Assembly (NCBI GenBank): GCA_965644265.1
Contig: OZ286467.1
Span: forward strand, 98,766,001-98,830,000
Direction of reading: 5' to 3'
Source: Glycera tridactyla
Taxonomy: Eukaryota
Length of the DNA: 64,000 nt
A program made the translations under genes and the position numbers. Under the pieces are notes generated by a model. That model saw nothing but the letters and a program-made list of their open reading frames with translations. It was not told the DNA's origin and ran no database searches. Positions 1 to 13,050 of this stretch are shown one piece after another (position 1 is the stretch's first letter; every line of letters begins with the position of its first letter).

Positions 1-3000
1 GATGGCGGCTCTATCCAAGATGGCGGATGTAGTTCAGTCGTCTAGTTGCCGACTCACCATTTATCAGATCTGGTAGGTTCATCTGATGATGAAAGCTCAC
101 CAGAAATCATGCTATGTATGAATATGAGTAGAGGTTTCACCATGGTGGTTGCAGTGGAAGCTGATCATCGTCTTGATCAATTAGTACACTATTGCAGTCT
201 GTATCTTGGCCATTCCCGTGAGAAAGACAGCATGGTAAGTCCCTGGAAATGTTTTCGGTTCTTTTTCGAGAGATGAGTCTGCACTATTTGTGGACACGAT
301 CGACAGGGCAGGACTTTCGGGTAGACTGATGCTATTTCTCAGATCACCCGCTACGGCAAATAAATTCTTGGCTCAGTCCGGAAAGACCGGGGAGCAACCA
401 ATTGATACAACTGGATCCATATGCAATGAAACGCAAGCCCGATTTTACCAACCGATCAATTTGTCAACAGTTACTGAGCAAAAACCCATTTGTCCATTCT
501 GAATTTTCACCAACCTTTTTCATATATGATTATTCGACATCAGTTAATTAAATCCAAACACCGCTAGAGACCGTTTTGTGGCAGATACTCAATTGGAAGC
601 TGTGTACTTCAAAACTCCGCACCATCTTATTGGTAGTGATGGTGATTGAAGAATACAGACCACATGCAGCAAACTCCATATCTAGGCTGTATAATTCTCA
701 GCAAGATGGGGATGGTTCAAGCTGGAATCAGAACTAGCTATTAAGTCAGTTTCTGCATTCACATTTATATCACATCAGTTTCATTAAGAGGGAGTATACA
801 AAGAATCACATGATAATTTCGTTCCATCTCATACCTCACAAAATGAAAGAATGGAAATCTTGGACGTACTCGAATACGTGTTCGAATACTGCTAGCTGTC
901 TGTTTCAATACAGATCATATTATGATTTGGCTACTTTCCCAACATATCTCACAATTTCCTTCACTTCAGATTTTTTGAGAATGGTCTCAGGTATTGAAGG
1001 CTATTGATCTACTTCTGGGTTTGTGAGATCGATGCTGTCTAGTAAAGCAGCATCGCATATAACACAGGCCATCAATCCGGATTTTAATACATCCTCCAAG
1101 ATACCTCATTCCTGTCTTCATTGAGCAACGACATTGTCATGCAACATGACATATATTGAGTATGAGTGAGGATAATGGTACAGCAAAAAATCCTCAAAAC
1201 ACCCTCTGCTTTTGGAACTACTTGAACAACTTTTAACAATTGAGCTCTGCACTTGAAGGATGAATGCTTTTATACTTCATAAATTTCTACTTGAAGGTTC
1301 GGGGATTGTGTCCACCAGAGTCCGTTCATGCATGACCTACTCTCAACAATCGACGCCATTCTGACCTCATGGTGCATTTCTGTATATAAATATGTTTTCT
1401 CATGTATATATTTGAATGCTGCTGAAATACCTCTGAGTGTAAATATTCTGCTGTTTGAGAGCACTTTTCAGTGTTTGGACTGATATATATTCATTTCGAA
1501 GATGTCAAGTTTCCCTCTGATTGATTGATTGATCCTCCATTCAAATGTTAAGAATTGTGAAGTCCTCAAAAACTTAGTGTGAATCTTACAACTCGATGAT
1601 GATGATGTAAGTAGAAACTTGATATTGTTCGAATGCTGAAAATGTAATTTCATCCAGCAGATAAATCATTAGAATGTGAGAATAAGATTTTGTGAAATGC
1701 GATCAGTTTCTGTGGAATCAGCCTGCGAACTCTACTTCACTATATGAAGATATTGTTGTTTTATTTGTTTTTGAGAGGCGTGTCTCTGTTTGCAAATATG
1801 TTCCTAAAATGATAGGTTCAATGCGATGTTTGGTTGTGTAGCTATGTTTAGGTTATTTTTGACATATAAATCGTGTGCCTTGGCATCTGAGATGAGTATT
1901 TTTGCATGATGTCAGCTTCATTCTTTAATACATTTCTTATACATCCTATATAGATTTCCTTTTTTGCATATAGTTATGTCAACGCTGTACAGAAGATGTA
2001 TGGGTATAGCATGTAGTCAAATACACATGCCACACCTCACAAATCTTATTTGTACGCGAAGCATTACTATCTAAAGGATACATATGGCTAACTGATCGTT
2101 TGTTTCATACTTCGTCATAGTCTATGTTACATGAATGTAGTCCGATTGTTTTCACCATAATATGAATGATATCAATGATGGTAATAATACTGATGATGAT
2201 AACAAAGATGATAGTCATATATTATGTATCCACGGAAATATTCACATTATTATCATTATATTAGATATTGTCAGCATTATCTTCAGTGATATCATTCTCA
2301 TCTCCATCAACTTCATTACAATCACCATCTGTATTCCAATCAATAATTACATCAGTTTGGCTTATTCAAGGAATAAGTTGTATACTAATGCAAAAATGTA
2401 CATGTCAAACCGCGTTACAGTAGTAGAAAATTTGGATGACTAGTTGATTTTATCAACCAGCGTTCTGGTTTTCTTGTTCGATATCCTATCCCACCAACTA
2501 AGACTGATTTTGAAAATACAGATGGTCAAATCTATGAGATTTAAAGCCAGCCCTTCATGGTTCGGGTATACCTCAGGGATACAACTTCTGGGAATCAAAT
2601 ATTGAGGTGATACATCTCTGATATAAAAGCACCACAGCTTATCCATCAAACTATTTATGGTGATTACAATCAGTGAACATTTGTTTTTGCTTCAATATAT
2701 GTGATTTGCTTTGCGAGCCTTTGAATATGTGAGTGGATGATTGAGTGACATTATTTAAAGTGGGTACACTGGTGAGTGCGTGGACCATATAGATGTATGA
2801 ATTAGGTGTTTTGTTGAGTGCATCGCAAACTTAGTTTCGTTTAGTCAAGTTCATCATTAGCAACATGTGTTTTAGCGCATGCACTCAAACAAGGTCTTTT
2901 TCGGGAAAAATGGGAAGTGAACCTCAATCATATAGGCGTTCACATGCATTTTATTTCATATTTGTTAAAGCAATATGATTAGATTTCATGTCTCACGGCT

Positions 3001-5487
3001 GAGTGAGATGAAAGTATGGTAGAATAAGTCAATAGAAACCATTCCCAAGTGCCAGAACAAGTGCCTTTTGCATGTAGATTATTCGAAGTGTCAAATGGCT
3101 ACGGTGGTCTTAAGGCAGAGGTATCTTTGGTTGTATATTCAACATTTTCGACAAACCTTGAGAACCTTCCCAACTGCAGAAGTTCAATATTGTTCACAAC
3201 GCAGTCCAATGGGTCCAGATTGGGAACAGAATTCTACAAATGAGAATATGTTAGAATTTATTCACATCTGGTCTTTATTCAGATGCAAATGATATCGCGT
3301 GTGATTCCACACACTGTGCAGAACTTTGAGAGTAGACGAACCTTGTCCTATATAGCTCACAACCCAGCAGCCTCATCAATTGTTCCTACTATGACATCAT
3401 TATCAGTTGACATGGATTGATCAGTTGAGTCATACAAGGAGCAGCATAATCCTATAGTAAGAGCTGGTCCGTCTCTAGGCAGCTTATCTCTGATCAATTT
3501 TCCCATGAACTCATCATTAAAACATATAATATTCACATGTCATGAGATTTGCACTGCTTAAGCTTAGTGTTCAATACAGCCATTACCGGAGATCTTTGGA
3601 GGCCAAGCCTGAGCTCAGTCTGAGCGGAGAATGCCCCCGGATCCTCAGGCAGGCTATATCCAGCACAGGGCTCAGTGAGACAAACGGAGAATTATAACCG
3701 AATGGCATTTGTACACCTGGTTGATGTTCCTTCATGTAGTTTGCTATCCTGTATGCATGAGTCTGCAGCTTACTAGATGACTATGTCCTATTTTATAAAT
3801 GTAATAAAATACGATTTCATAGATACGAAACTTTTGTTTTGTTTGGGGTGGATGATCATGTCGCATTTGGCAGGTATCATGAAGTATGTTTGCTTTTTCG
3901 GGTTCAACTTCCTTTCAACCATCTTGTATTATATCGGACTGAAAAACTGAAAATGCTGAAGAAAAGAAAAACTGTGCTCTATTCCACTGTGGTGGTTTTT
4001 ATCATTTGATGTCAATAAATACCGCAGAATCAGGTTTTATCAGTTACTCACATATTCAGGGGCGGACATGTGCTAGAAGGCAGATCTTGTACATGATTCT
4101 CTTCACCATTGGCAGCTAGTGGCTTCATGTGGTGGGTTTGTTTGTTTGAGTTCAACGGACTTTCAACCTTATTGGGTTATAGCAGACTGGAAAACTGAAG
4201 ATGTTGAACAAAAGAGACACCGCTGCAGGGGACAGTGCCTACTCTTTGCAAAAGCAGTGGTTCTTTTATGTGCATACAGGATCAGACTCCCATACACATG
4301 GCCGGCCTTTGATATTCCAGTCGGCATGCACTGGACTCCCACTGGCAGTTAGTCAACCTCATTTCTTCTGCACATTTACGTAATAATAATAATAATCTGC
4401 ATATGAATATCAAATGCGTGTGTGATTGTTGTGCGTACGCACATGCGAGTGCTGAATTCAATACTTCCATTTAATTGCTATCACATCATTCCAAAAAAGC
4501 CTAGTTCAAATCAGAGGTTTGCTTGATTGTTTGCTTAGGTTTAACGTCCTTTCAACCACCTTTGGTTATATCAGACTGAAAAACTGAAAATGCTGAAGAA
4601 AATCGGCACCACCGCCGGGGGCCGACCCTACTCTTTGCGAAAGACGGCAGTGTTTCTTTTACATGCGTACCGGAAGAGACCCCTATGAACACGGCCGGCC
4701 TTTGATATCCCTGTCGGCATGCACACGGAGCCATTTGCTCTGAAGAAATCAGTTTTACAGTAATACATTTGCAAGGATATCTATATATACGCTGTCCACG
4801 TCTAAGATGATTATCTGAAGAGCAATGAGAAAATGTGAAGGCACAGAGTGGTGAGAGGAAAAAGTCACATGGAAATAAAACATGCGTATTCATTTGGGTA
4901 TTATCGAACATGCTCGAAAGATTTCCTCAGTACAAAGATCACCTCCCCGCGAAAACCAACGATATTGAGACTGCTATAGTACGTCATACTATTCAATCTC
5001 TATACACAGGCGACCTGTCCACAAAGGCCATATATGACTTACAGTGATCTTCTTAGATCTTCCCCAATATCAACCTCTAGTGAAGCATGTCATGCGATTG
5101 AATACTTTCGAAATGCAATAGTGCTTCATTGAAATTTACCATGGATGCATGGAAAACTCATATGAGTTCATCAGTCTCCGCCTCAGCATCACTTACTAAG
5201 CAGCTACCTCATAAGGCTTGCTTCTTTCGACCCCCCCCCCCCCCCCCCCCTTTCCTTCTCGTCGTACTAATCACAAGCAAATAGATCATATACCTTAATA
5301 TATTGTTCAGCTTAAAATAGGAACATTTACATTTCTTGCTATGTATGCTCGGTTGAAAGTAAGGTAGGAGAATCGAAGGTAGAGTCTGTCAACTCCAATT
5401 GTGACGGGTACGTTTTTGCATCGAATTGAAATGAGACTCACAGACAGGCATTGTTGACATCTGCAGTGACTAGAAATGTCACCTTGG

Positions 5488-5661
5488 CGAACCTGCTCTA
5501 AAGACCACCTCTCTATAGAGACCACCTCTCTAGAAAGACCAGCCTGAGCTGCGACCGTGGTAGTATTTTCAACAGTAAATGACCTCTCTATAAAGACCAC
5601 CTGCCTATAAAGACCACGTTTTGATGCGACCGAAGGCGGTCTTTATAGACAGGTTCGACTG
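5488..5661. mobile_element. Tc1/mariner-pogo-type MITE nested in another MITE
   Basis: Same family as 52455-52630 in inverted orientation; ends AGGTTCGACTG|TA. Confidence 0.75.
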
Positions 5662-5807
5662 TATTTGACCATAGAGCGCAAAATATGTCGAGTTCACGCT
5701 GGTTTCACGGCGAGTGTGGCGCCCATATCTCTATCGCTCCACATACAAATAATTCGCTGTAAAAATGCAATGAAATGCAAGTGTATCCTCCTCAAAAGCA
5801 TTACAGA

Positions 5808-6195
5808 CTAAAGTCTGTCGAGCTTAATCGTGGCGGGTACGTTTTTCGTTCTAGCATCGCGATTTCGCTTCAGACTGAGATAAAACTTGCAGACATACAT
5901 TTGTTGACATCTCCGACGACTAGAAGTGTGATCGCGCCGAGGTTCCCTTGTTTATTCCACCTTAGAACGCTAAATATGTTGATTTCATGCTGGTTTCACG
6001 GCGAGTGCGGTGGCCGTATCTCCACTGTTTCACATAAAAATACTCTCCGATAATGGCGGCGAATTCGCCGAAAAACGCAATGAAATGATGCTGTAATCAA
6101 TACATTCGTGCAATTGAAACTCAAATCGAGCAAGAAATGGCGAATTTAGCGTCTGAAACGTACCCCCCGCCACATTTGGATTTGACAGAGTTTAG
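5808..6195 (+). mobile_element. About 390-bp MITE with imperfect TIRs of about 35 bp (superfamily uncertain)
   Basis: ctaaagtctgtc...gtggcgggtacgttt / aaacgtacc..cgccac...gacagagtttag. Other copies at about 5385-5790 (interrupted), 10070-10490 (inverted) and 43113-43505. Confidence 0.72.
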
Positions 6196-6443
6196 GTTCG
6201 ATGTGAGACCTATACAATCCATCTGTGTCAGTAAAACTTGAATCGGACAGAGAATGACGAATTCAGCTTGTGAAACATACCCGCCGCATTTGAACTTGAT
6301 AGGGTTTGTCTCTATTTACACCATGAACTGATTAAAATTACTGGTGTGTGGTTCAACGGACACAATCCTCTGATTCTTATAACATACGTTGGCGAGTCAG
6401 TGATTTAGCTATCTGCGTATTGATTCATGTGAAATTTACATTC

Positions 6444-7187
6444 CTAATCAATATGATGGCGTAGTCTTGAAGGTGCTTCAGATGGGTCTCGATCCTTCTT
6501 TGAGACATAGGTCGGTTTCGTCAACAAGCTAGCAGCCTCCAATGAGTCTAATTGACTTGCAGTCCAGGAGAGGTACACACCGAATCTGTCTTCCGTGAAA
6601 GACTTGAAACGATACCGGGAACGTTGAATACTGTCAACTTTACCTGGATGAGGTAGATTTCTAGTGTTCTGTCGGACTTTCTTGGTCACTACAGGGGTGA
6701 AAGGTACCCGTGGTGAACAGTTGTGAGCAATCTCAGGCAAGTGAAAAATATGCACATCATCTTTGTAGAATTTCTGGCGAGCATCCGGCCATTTTCTTAC
6801 GCGCTCAACTGCCTGTTTAACTGCAGTCGAGTAAACAAATTTGTACTGAACCGTAACCCCGGGGCCAAGCGGATCTTCTTCACTCAATTCGTCGTCGTCA
6901 TCGTCATCGTCTTCCTCCTCCTCTTCGTCCTCCAGATCGGTTGATGTCGCCGTCGATGAGGGCCGCCTGGCTCGGTTGTGACGTATCTCGCGAGTCGGCT
7001 TCTGATTGGCTGGCGCTGAGACTTGCTTCTCATTGGTCCGGCCAAGCGTCTGTCTCAGTCCAGAAGATGGCGATAACGCTTGGTGGCTGTTTTTGTTCAC
7101 ATTTTGTTTGACTATATTGCGAATAGCCTGCCGGTGTTTCCCGATCTCCCCCGCTTCATTAGGAGCGGAACCGTCCATTGCAGACAC
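6444..7187 (-). CDS. 247-codon ORF with an acidic tract; possibly a DIRS-type gag (LAP2alpha-like) fragment; upstream part lost in the N gap
   Basis: Open 744 bp, GC-richer than flanks. EDEEEEEDDDDDDD then VPFTPVVTKKV...RYRF...LDSLEAASLLTKPT...KDRD loosely follows the DIRS ORF1 pattern by eye only. Confidence 0.4.
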   Translation of the reverse strand: MSAMDGSAPNEAGEIGKHRQAIRNIVKQNVNKNSHQALSPSSGLRQTLGRTNEKQVSAPANQKPTREIRHNRARRPSSTATSTDLEDEEEEEDDDDDDDELSEEDPLGPGVTVQYKFVYSTAVKQAVERVRKWPDARQKFYKDDVHIFHLPEIAHNCSPRVPFTPVVTKKVRQNTRNLPHPGKVDSIQRSRYRFKSFTEDRFGVYLSWTASQLDSLEAASLLTKPTYVSKKDRDPSEAPSRLRHHID

Positions 7188-7219
7188 TCGCTCCTGTCTT
7201 CAACCATTCCTGCAGCAAC

Positions 7220-7348
7220 NNNNNNNNNNNNNNNNNNNNNNNNNNNNNNNNNNNNNNNNNNNNNNNNNNNNNNNNNNNNNNNNNNNNNNNNNNNNNNNNN
7301 NNNNNNNNNNNNNNNNNNNNNNNNNNNNNNNNNNNNNNNNNNNNNNNN
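7220..7348. other. Assembly gap
   Basis: Run of N. Confidence 1.
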
Positions 7349-8367
7349 TATTCGCACAAACCAATGTTGGAATCGGCAGATAACGACAACGACAATGGCG
7401 ATGTTAATGGTTCGGTATCTGGATTTCTTTTCAACCATTTGTTGGGAGCATGTGTAAGGATTTTATTTATTTGTTTGTTTGTTCGAGGTTTAACGTCACT
7501 TAAACCCGCTTGGGTTATATCGGACTGAAAAAACTGAAGAAAAGAGTCACTGCCTGCCGGGGGCCGTCCCTACTCTTTGCGAAAGACAGCAGTGGATCTT
7601 TCACATGCGTAAAGGAAAAGGATCCTAAAAACATGGCCGGCCTTTGATATCCCAGTCGGCATGCACTGGACCATGTGTAGGGAAGATATATATTCACTAC
7701 AAGCCTTATTCGTCAATAATCGACTACTAGGCTAGTACAAGATAAATTCTCGAGGTTCTTCATATTTGTAGTTGGTTGGTCGGTTCTGGTTTGATGTCAT
7801 GTCAGCTCCATTTGTGCTATATTGTGATGCCAATGCAATGGGCATGGATGGGATAATTCGAGACTCCTCTCGCTGGGTCCCCACCAGGTGAAAAATTATG
7901 AACTTCACAGACACTCAAGGTGTCATTTCTCATGAATATATAGTCAACCGCTATGTTCCATGAACGGGTGGTTTTATATTAAAAGCTACAGCTGCAGGGA
8001 TTATCTATCACCCGAGGGCAAATACTTAACTAGCTCGAGGTACTGAGAACCAACTCGTTTGTGGGCGCTATGTATGGTGTTAAGAGCGCTGGCTGTAATA
8101 ATGGACTATCACATTACATGAAGGGAGCACTCGCTTCAGCAATACAAGGGGAATGACTGACATGTACATACAGTCCGCAATACATTATCAATATTGATGT
8201 AAGACGTACATAGGTCCAAAGTCTATGGTGAATGTCTCAATTTATCGTCAAATACGAATCACCTTGCAATGTCATCTACAGATGTTGCATCCAGTTGCCG
8301 TACCGGAAAGCAAGTAGTTGCTATATCGTTTGTGATTGAAATGAGTATTCTTGTTACGATGATGGAG

Positions 8368-8595
8368 TTTGTTTGCTTGTTTGTGTGTTTGTTTGAGTTT
8401 AACAACACTTAAACCCGCTTGGGTTATATCGGACTAAAAAAACTGAAAATGCTGAAGAAAGAGTCACTGCCTGCCGGGGGGGGGGGGCCGTCCCTACTCT
8501 TTGCCAAAGACAGCAGTGGATCTTTAACGTGCGTACTGGAAAAGGCTCCTATATACACAGCCGGCCTTTGATATCCCAGTCGGCATGCACTGGGT
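8368..8595 (-). mobile_element. Family A short retroposon (about 210 bp, Meta/MESC-like core), representative copy with 14-bp TSD
   Basis: TSD ttacgatgatggag at 8354-8367 and 8596-8609. Other copies or fragments at about 3884, 4134, 4519, 7463, 10958, 14160, 14369, 14765, 16072, 16474, 34779, 35552, 36803, 37592, 38097, 38806, 39183 and 41163, all minus strand. Confidence 0.85.
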
Positions 8596-8742
8596 TTACG
8601 ATGATGGAGGTATTAATTGAGCCTCATGAAGTCTTTATTAAGTCTGATGTAACAGATAGATCCAGTTTTGTTGTCTTCGCTAGTGTTCATTGCCTAATGT
8701 CTCACCAGTATCATAGATGGGTTACACTAAGAGGTCCGTTCA

Positions 8743-9638
8743 GAGTGAATGTCACCATTTCTGAGTGAATGAGGGAATGTCTTCCTTTCTGAGTGAATGT
8801 CACCCTTTCTGAGTGAATGTCACCCTTTCTGGGCGAATGAGGGAATGTCACCCTTTCTGAGTTAATGAGGGAATATCTCCCTTCCTGAGTCAATGTGGGA
8901 ATGTCACCCTTTCTGAGTTGATGAGGGAATGTCACCCTTTCTGAGTCAATGAGGGAATATCTCCCTTTCTGAGTCAATGTGGGAATGTCACCCTTTCTGA
9001 GTGAATGTCATCCTTTCTGAGTTAATGAGGGAATGTCACCCTTTCTGAGTCAATGAGGGAATGTCACCCTATCTGAGTCAATGAGGGAATGTCACCCTTT
9101 CTGAGTCAATGAGGGAATGTCACCCTTTTTGAGTCAATAAGAGAATGTCATCCTTTCATAGTCAATGAGGGAATGTCACGCTTTCTGAGTCAATGAGGGA
9201 ATGTCACCCTTTCTGAGTGAATGAGGGAATGTCACCCTTTCATAGTCAATGGGGGAATGTCACCCTTTCTGAGTGAATGTCATCCTTTCTGAGTTAATGA
9301 GGGAATGTCACCCTTTCTGAGTCAATGAGGGAATGTCACCCTATCTGAGTCAATGAGGGAATGTCACCCTTTCTGAGTCAATGAGGGAATGTCACCCTTT
9401 TTGAGTCAATGAGAGAATGTCATCCTTTCATAGTCAATGAGGGAATGTCACCCTTTCTGAGTCAATGAGGGAATGTCACCCTTTCTGAGTGAATGAGGGA
9501 ATGTCACCCTTTCATAGTCAATGGGGGAATGTCACCCTTTCTGAGTGAATGTCACCCTTTCTGAGTGAATGTCACCCTTTCTGAGTGAATGAGGGAATGT
9601 CACCCTTTCTGAGTGAATGAGGGAATGTCACCCCTTCT
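8743..9638. repeat. 28/20-bp minisatellite with a 272-bp higher-order period
   Basis: Unit gagtcaatgagggaatgtcaccctttct (28 bp) and a 20-bp deletion variant; the diagnostic cata variant recurs at 9157/9429 and 9241/9513. Confidence 0.95.
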
Positions 9639-11618
9639 GCTATGAACAGCGCTCTTGCAGATCTTGGACACAGGTGGTAGGGTGGAATGATCGGTGAGAT
9701 GTTTAGACTCTCGGAGGGAGCAGTCAGTCTCTGGAGCGATGTTTCAGAAAGCACCAGACTTGAAACTTTCAAACCGATTTCAGAAACATTTGGATATTGA
9801 ATTCTGTGGCAAATCTCTTGACTTCAAGAAATCTCCTGGAAACGTGCATCACTGACTGCATACAAAACTATCACGATCAGGATGGCCTTTACAGGCAGTG
9901 ACTTTTATAGAGGTGGTCTCTCGAGCAGGTTTGACTATACCTTGGAACTTAGATCAGCCCCCGGGCCTCGTAAACGCCCAAGGTCGTCCCGAATGATGAA
10001 AAAAAAATTCATTCTATCTCCATGGGCTCTGGCTATATCGACCCCCATCTCTGGTCCTTTATAAACTCCAATCCAAAAGTGGCGGGTACGTTTCACACGA
10101 AAAATTCGCCATTTTCCGTTTGATCTGAGGTTTAATGGCACGAATATATTGTACAGGTCTTCCGGCGATTATCGAACCTGGTTTCGGTTATTCTACTTGC
10201 TTTTGAGGAGGATGCGCCATCATTTCATTACATTTTTTGGCGAATCCGCGAATATTTGTACGTGAAACATTGAGGATATGGCCACCGCACAAGCCATGAA
10301 ACCAGCGTGAAATCGACATATTTGGCATTTTAAGGTGAAATATACAAGGGGACTTTGCCGTGATCACATTTCTAGTCGTCGGAGATGTCAACATTGTCTG
10401 TCTGTGAGTTTCAATTTCAATCCGTAGGAATTCACGATGCTATGGCGAAAAACGTACTCGCCACGACTGAACATGACAGACTTTGGTACTTGGTACGGAC
10501 CTTGTTTGCGAGCCAATTACCCCAACTCATTCTTCGGTTGGTTCACGTTCCGTGATCACCATATAGGCTATATTACATGAGACGCCCATGCAATGGGCAT
10601 TGGAAAGGTCATACAAGGTTGGTTGGCTGTCCGTTTGTTCAAGATGCACCATCTGGGCTACATTGAGATGCCCATACAACGGACACAGACGGGATCGTTC
10701 AAGACTCCTCCTTCTGGAGGCCCAATCGAAGATGAAACTGTATGAAATTCACAGAACCACAAGGTGTTAATTCTGGGATTGTACTCCTGGGTCCAACCAA
10801 AAATATGGCATATGCCACAATGGCGGTTGGTTGTTGTGATTTAACGTCACGTCAGTTCCATTTGTGCTATATTGTGACGTCCATGCAATGGTCATGGGTG
10901 GGATCATTCAAGAATCTTCCTTCTGGGTCCCGATCAAAAGGCCGAAATTTGTGGGATTGTTTGTTTGTTTGAGCTCAACGTAACTTAAACCCGCTTGGGT
11001 TATATCGGACTGAAAACCTGAGAATGCTGAAGAAAAGAGTTACTGCCTGCCGGGGGCCATCCCTATTCTTTGCGAAAGACAGCAGTGGATCTTTAACGTG
11101 CATACAGGGGAAAGGCTCCTATATACACGGCCGGCCTTTGATATCCCGGTCGGCATGCACTGGGTTTAAAATGAACGTATTATTCCATATAACCTATTAA
11201 GGCACTGAAATGAGATAAAACTCAAATCATTTAATCATTTCATGAACAAAGATGACCACCAAGCAATATTACCTGTATCAATGATAATATTCCGGAACTT
11301 CCACGAAGACTATATGTGATTATCACGAACGTACGTATCACAATTTTGAGATGAATTCACGTCGCTGTGTGCCCTCTACCCGTTTCCTTCGTCTATCCAG
11401 GTTCTGCCTGTGTTGGTGAGTTGTGTGTGTGTATACCGTGGGTTTATCTCCGAGCCGGATTTACCCCCCCCCCCACGATAATCCACAAATCGCCCTCGGC
11501 TATGTATCATATCCGGAAGCAATTAGCGCCGGCGCTAATGATGAGATTCCGCTCCAAGTGGACAAACACCAGGTCGCTCAGGATGGCAAAATCTGGGATC
11601 ATATCGAGAGGGCTTTGG

Positions 11619-11621
<3 letters not shown>

Positions 11622-11684
<63 letters not shown>

Positions 11685-11700
11685 CGTGTGTGATGTGTGT
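11622..11700. repeat. (TG)n microsatellite; similar tracts at about 12440-12550, 17770-17800, 52359-52402 and 61020-61050
   Basis: Direct inspection. Confidence 0.95.
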
Positions 11701-12599
11701 GCGTGATGTGTGTTTATGTGCTTGTGTAATTTTCACCACGGAGCAGCATGCATTTGGAACACCTCACCACCAGATGTGAGAAATTCGAATACAGTAAATG
11801 CTTTTTAATCTGGACTTGCAAAGTGCAATACTCCATGGGAACTGGGAATAAAATGACCCGTTGATATAGTTATAACAGCATAGTGCTTTTACACTGCGGT
11901 TGGTTTTTAGTGCTATATATATAATAGTCATTAAAGTAGCATGAATTTATGAACTCTTATTGCCATCATATGACGAACGTAAACATTCACCTCCGGATCT
12001 AGTCTGTCGCGCTTACCGGTTTAGCCATTATTTTCACTTTCTTTTTCTATCTACCTGTTCATACCTGTGAACAGGCCTCCTTTCATACTTCTCCTTCGCC
12101 TATTACTTCCTCTTCCTTGTTCGACCTGTATGTAGTTCTCATGTGTATATTTGTGTAAATAGCTCTCCTATTTCACCTCTTGCTACCCGACCCGAATTGA
12201 TAGACTAAATTTTTACTGCATGTGTCAAAACCGTGCATTTTTTGGAATAGATACCAATAGACCATATTCCACTTTCGTAGGAGTCTGGTAAGGGAATTTT
12301 ATGATGCAGTAATTAACCCAGTCAAGTTTCTCTAACTCGTGGCCACTGGATAAAGCTCCTCTGTTTTGAGGTAAGTGTGGTCGTGCATATACTGTTATGC
12401 ATGTTCACGAGTATAAATGAAAAAAAATGGAATTTGAATTTGTGTGTGCATGTGATGTGTATGTGTGTGTGTGGGGGGGGGGGGGGAGAGAGAGATGTGT
12501 GTGCCTGATGTGTGTTTGTGTTTGTGTGTGTTTTTGTATGTGTGTGTGCATCTCCTCCACCAAAAAACATTGTGTGCACGAAAAACTCCTCCAAAGATA

Positions 12600-13050
12600 T
12601 AGTGCAGGCAGTTCATGACTTGTGTGGCAGCACAGGAGATTCATTTGCACATCCGGCAAATGCAAAAAAAGCTGGGTCAACATCTGAAAGATCTTGCTGG
12701 AATCAAGTTTGGTATGGCTCACATAAATGGAAACAAGAATGATGCAGAAAAATGCAGACATCTTCCTGACATTGTGCCAAAGAAACTGGAGGAAGGATGT
12801 TTCCTTTCTGGCGCCCATGCAACTGAATCTGAGCACAACTTCAACAAGACTGAGGAACTTCCACTTCCTAAGGATCTCAATAAGTTAGCTCCTGAAAATA
12901 GAATATCCAAGATTAAAACTCTGTGAGGGATCTTTCAGGTTTAGGAGTGCTCGAGTATGGAATTCTTATTCAATGAAATATCATGACTTCTCTAGCGAAG
13001 AACACCAAAAGTTCAAAGAAAACCTGACAAACTTCTTGCACTTATGATAT
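12600..13050 (+). mobile_element. Decayed L2/CR1-type LINE ORF2 C-terminus
   Basis: One frame gives YPRLKLCEGSFRFRSARVWNS...FKENLTNFL, typical of the SF.yR...WN.L...FK..L end of CR1/L2 ORF2; upstream stops. Confidence 0.55.

Noticed and set aside
2162-2443. 93-aa N/D/I-rich ORF
   Set aside because: Low-complexity (ATG/ATC/ATT)-type repeat sequence.
11367-12836. ORFs rich in CV/HT repeats, and KIWDHIERAL resembling a Tc1 motif
   Set aside because: Microsatellite translations; the Tc1-like match is about 10 aa with no other DDE motifs.
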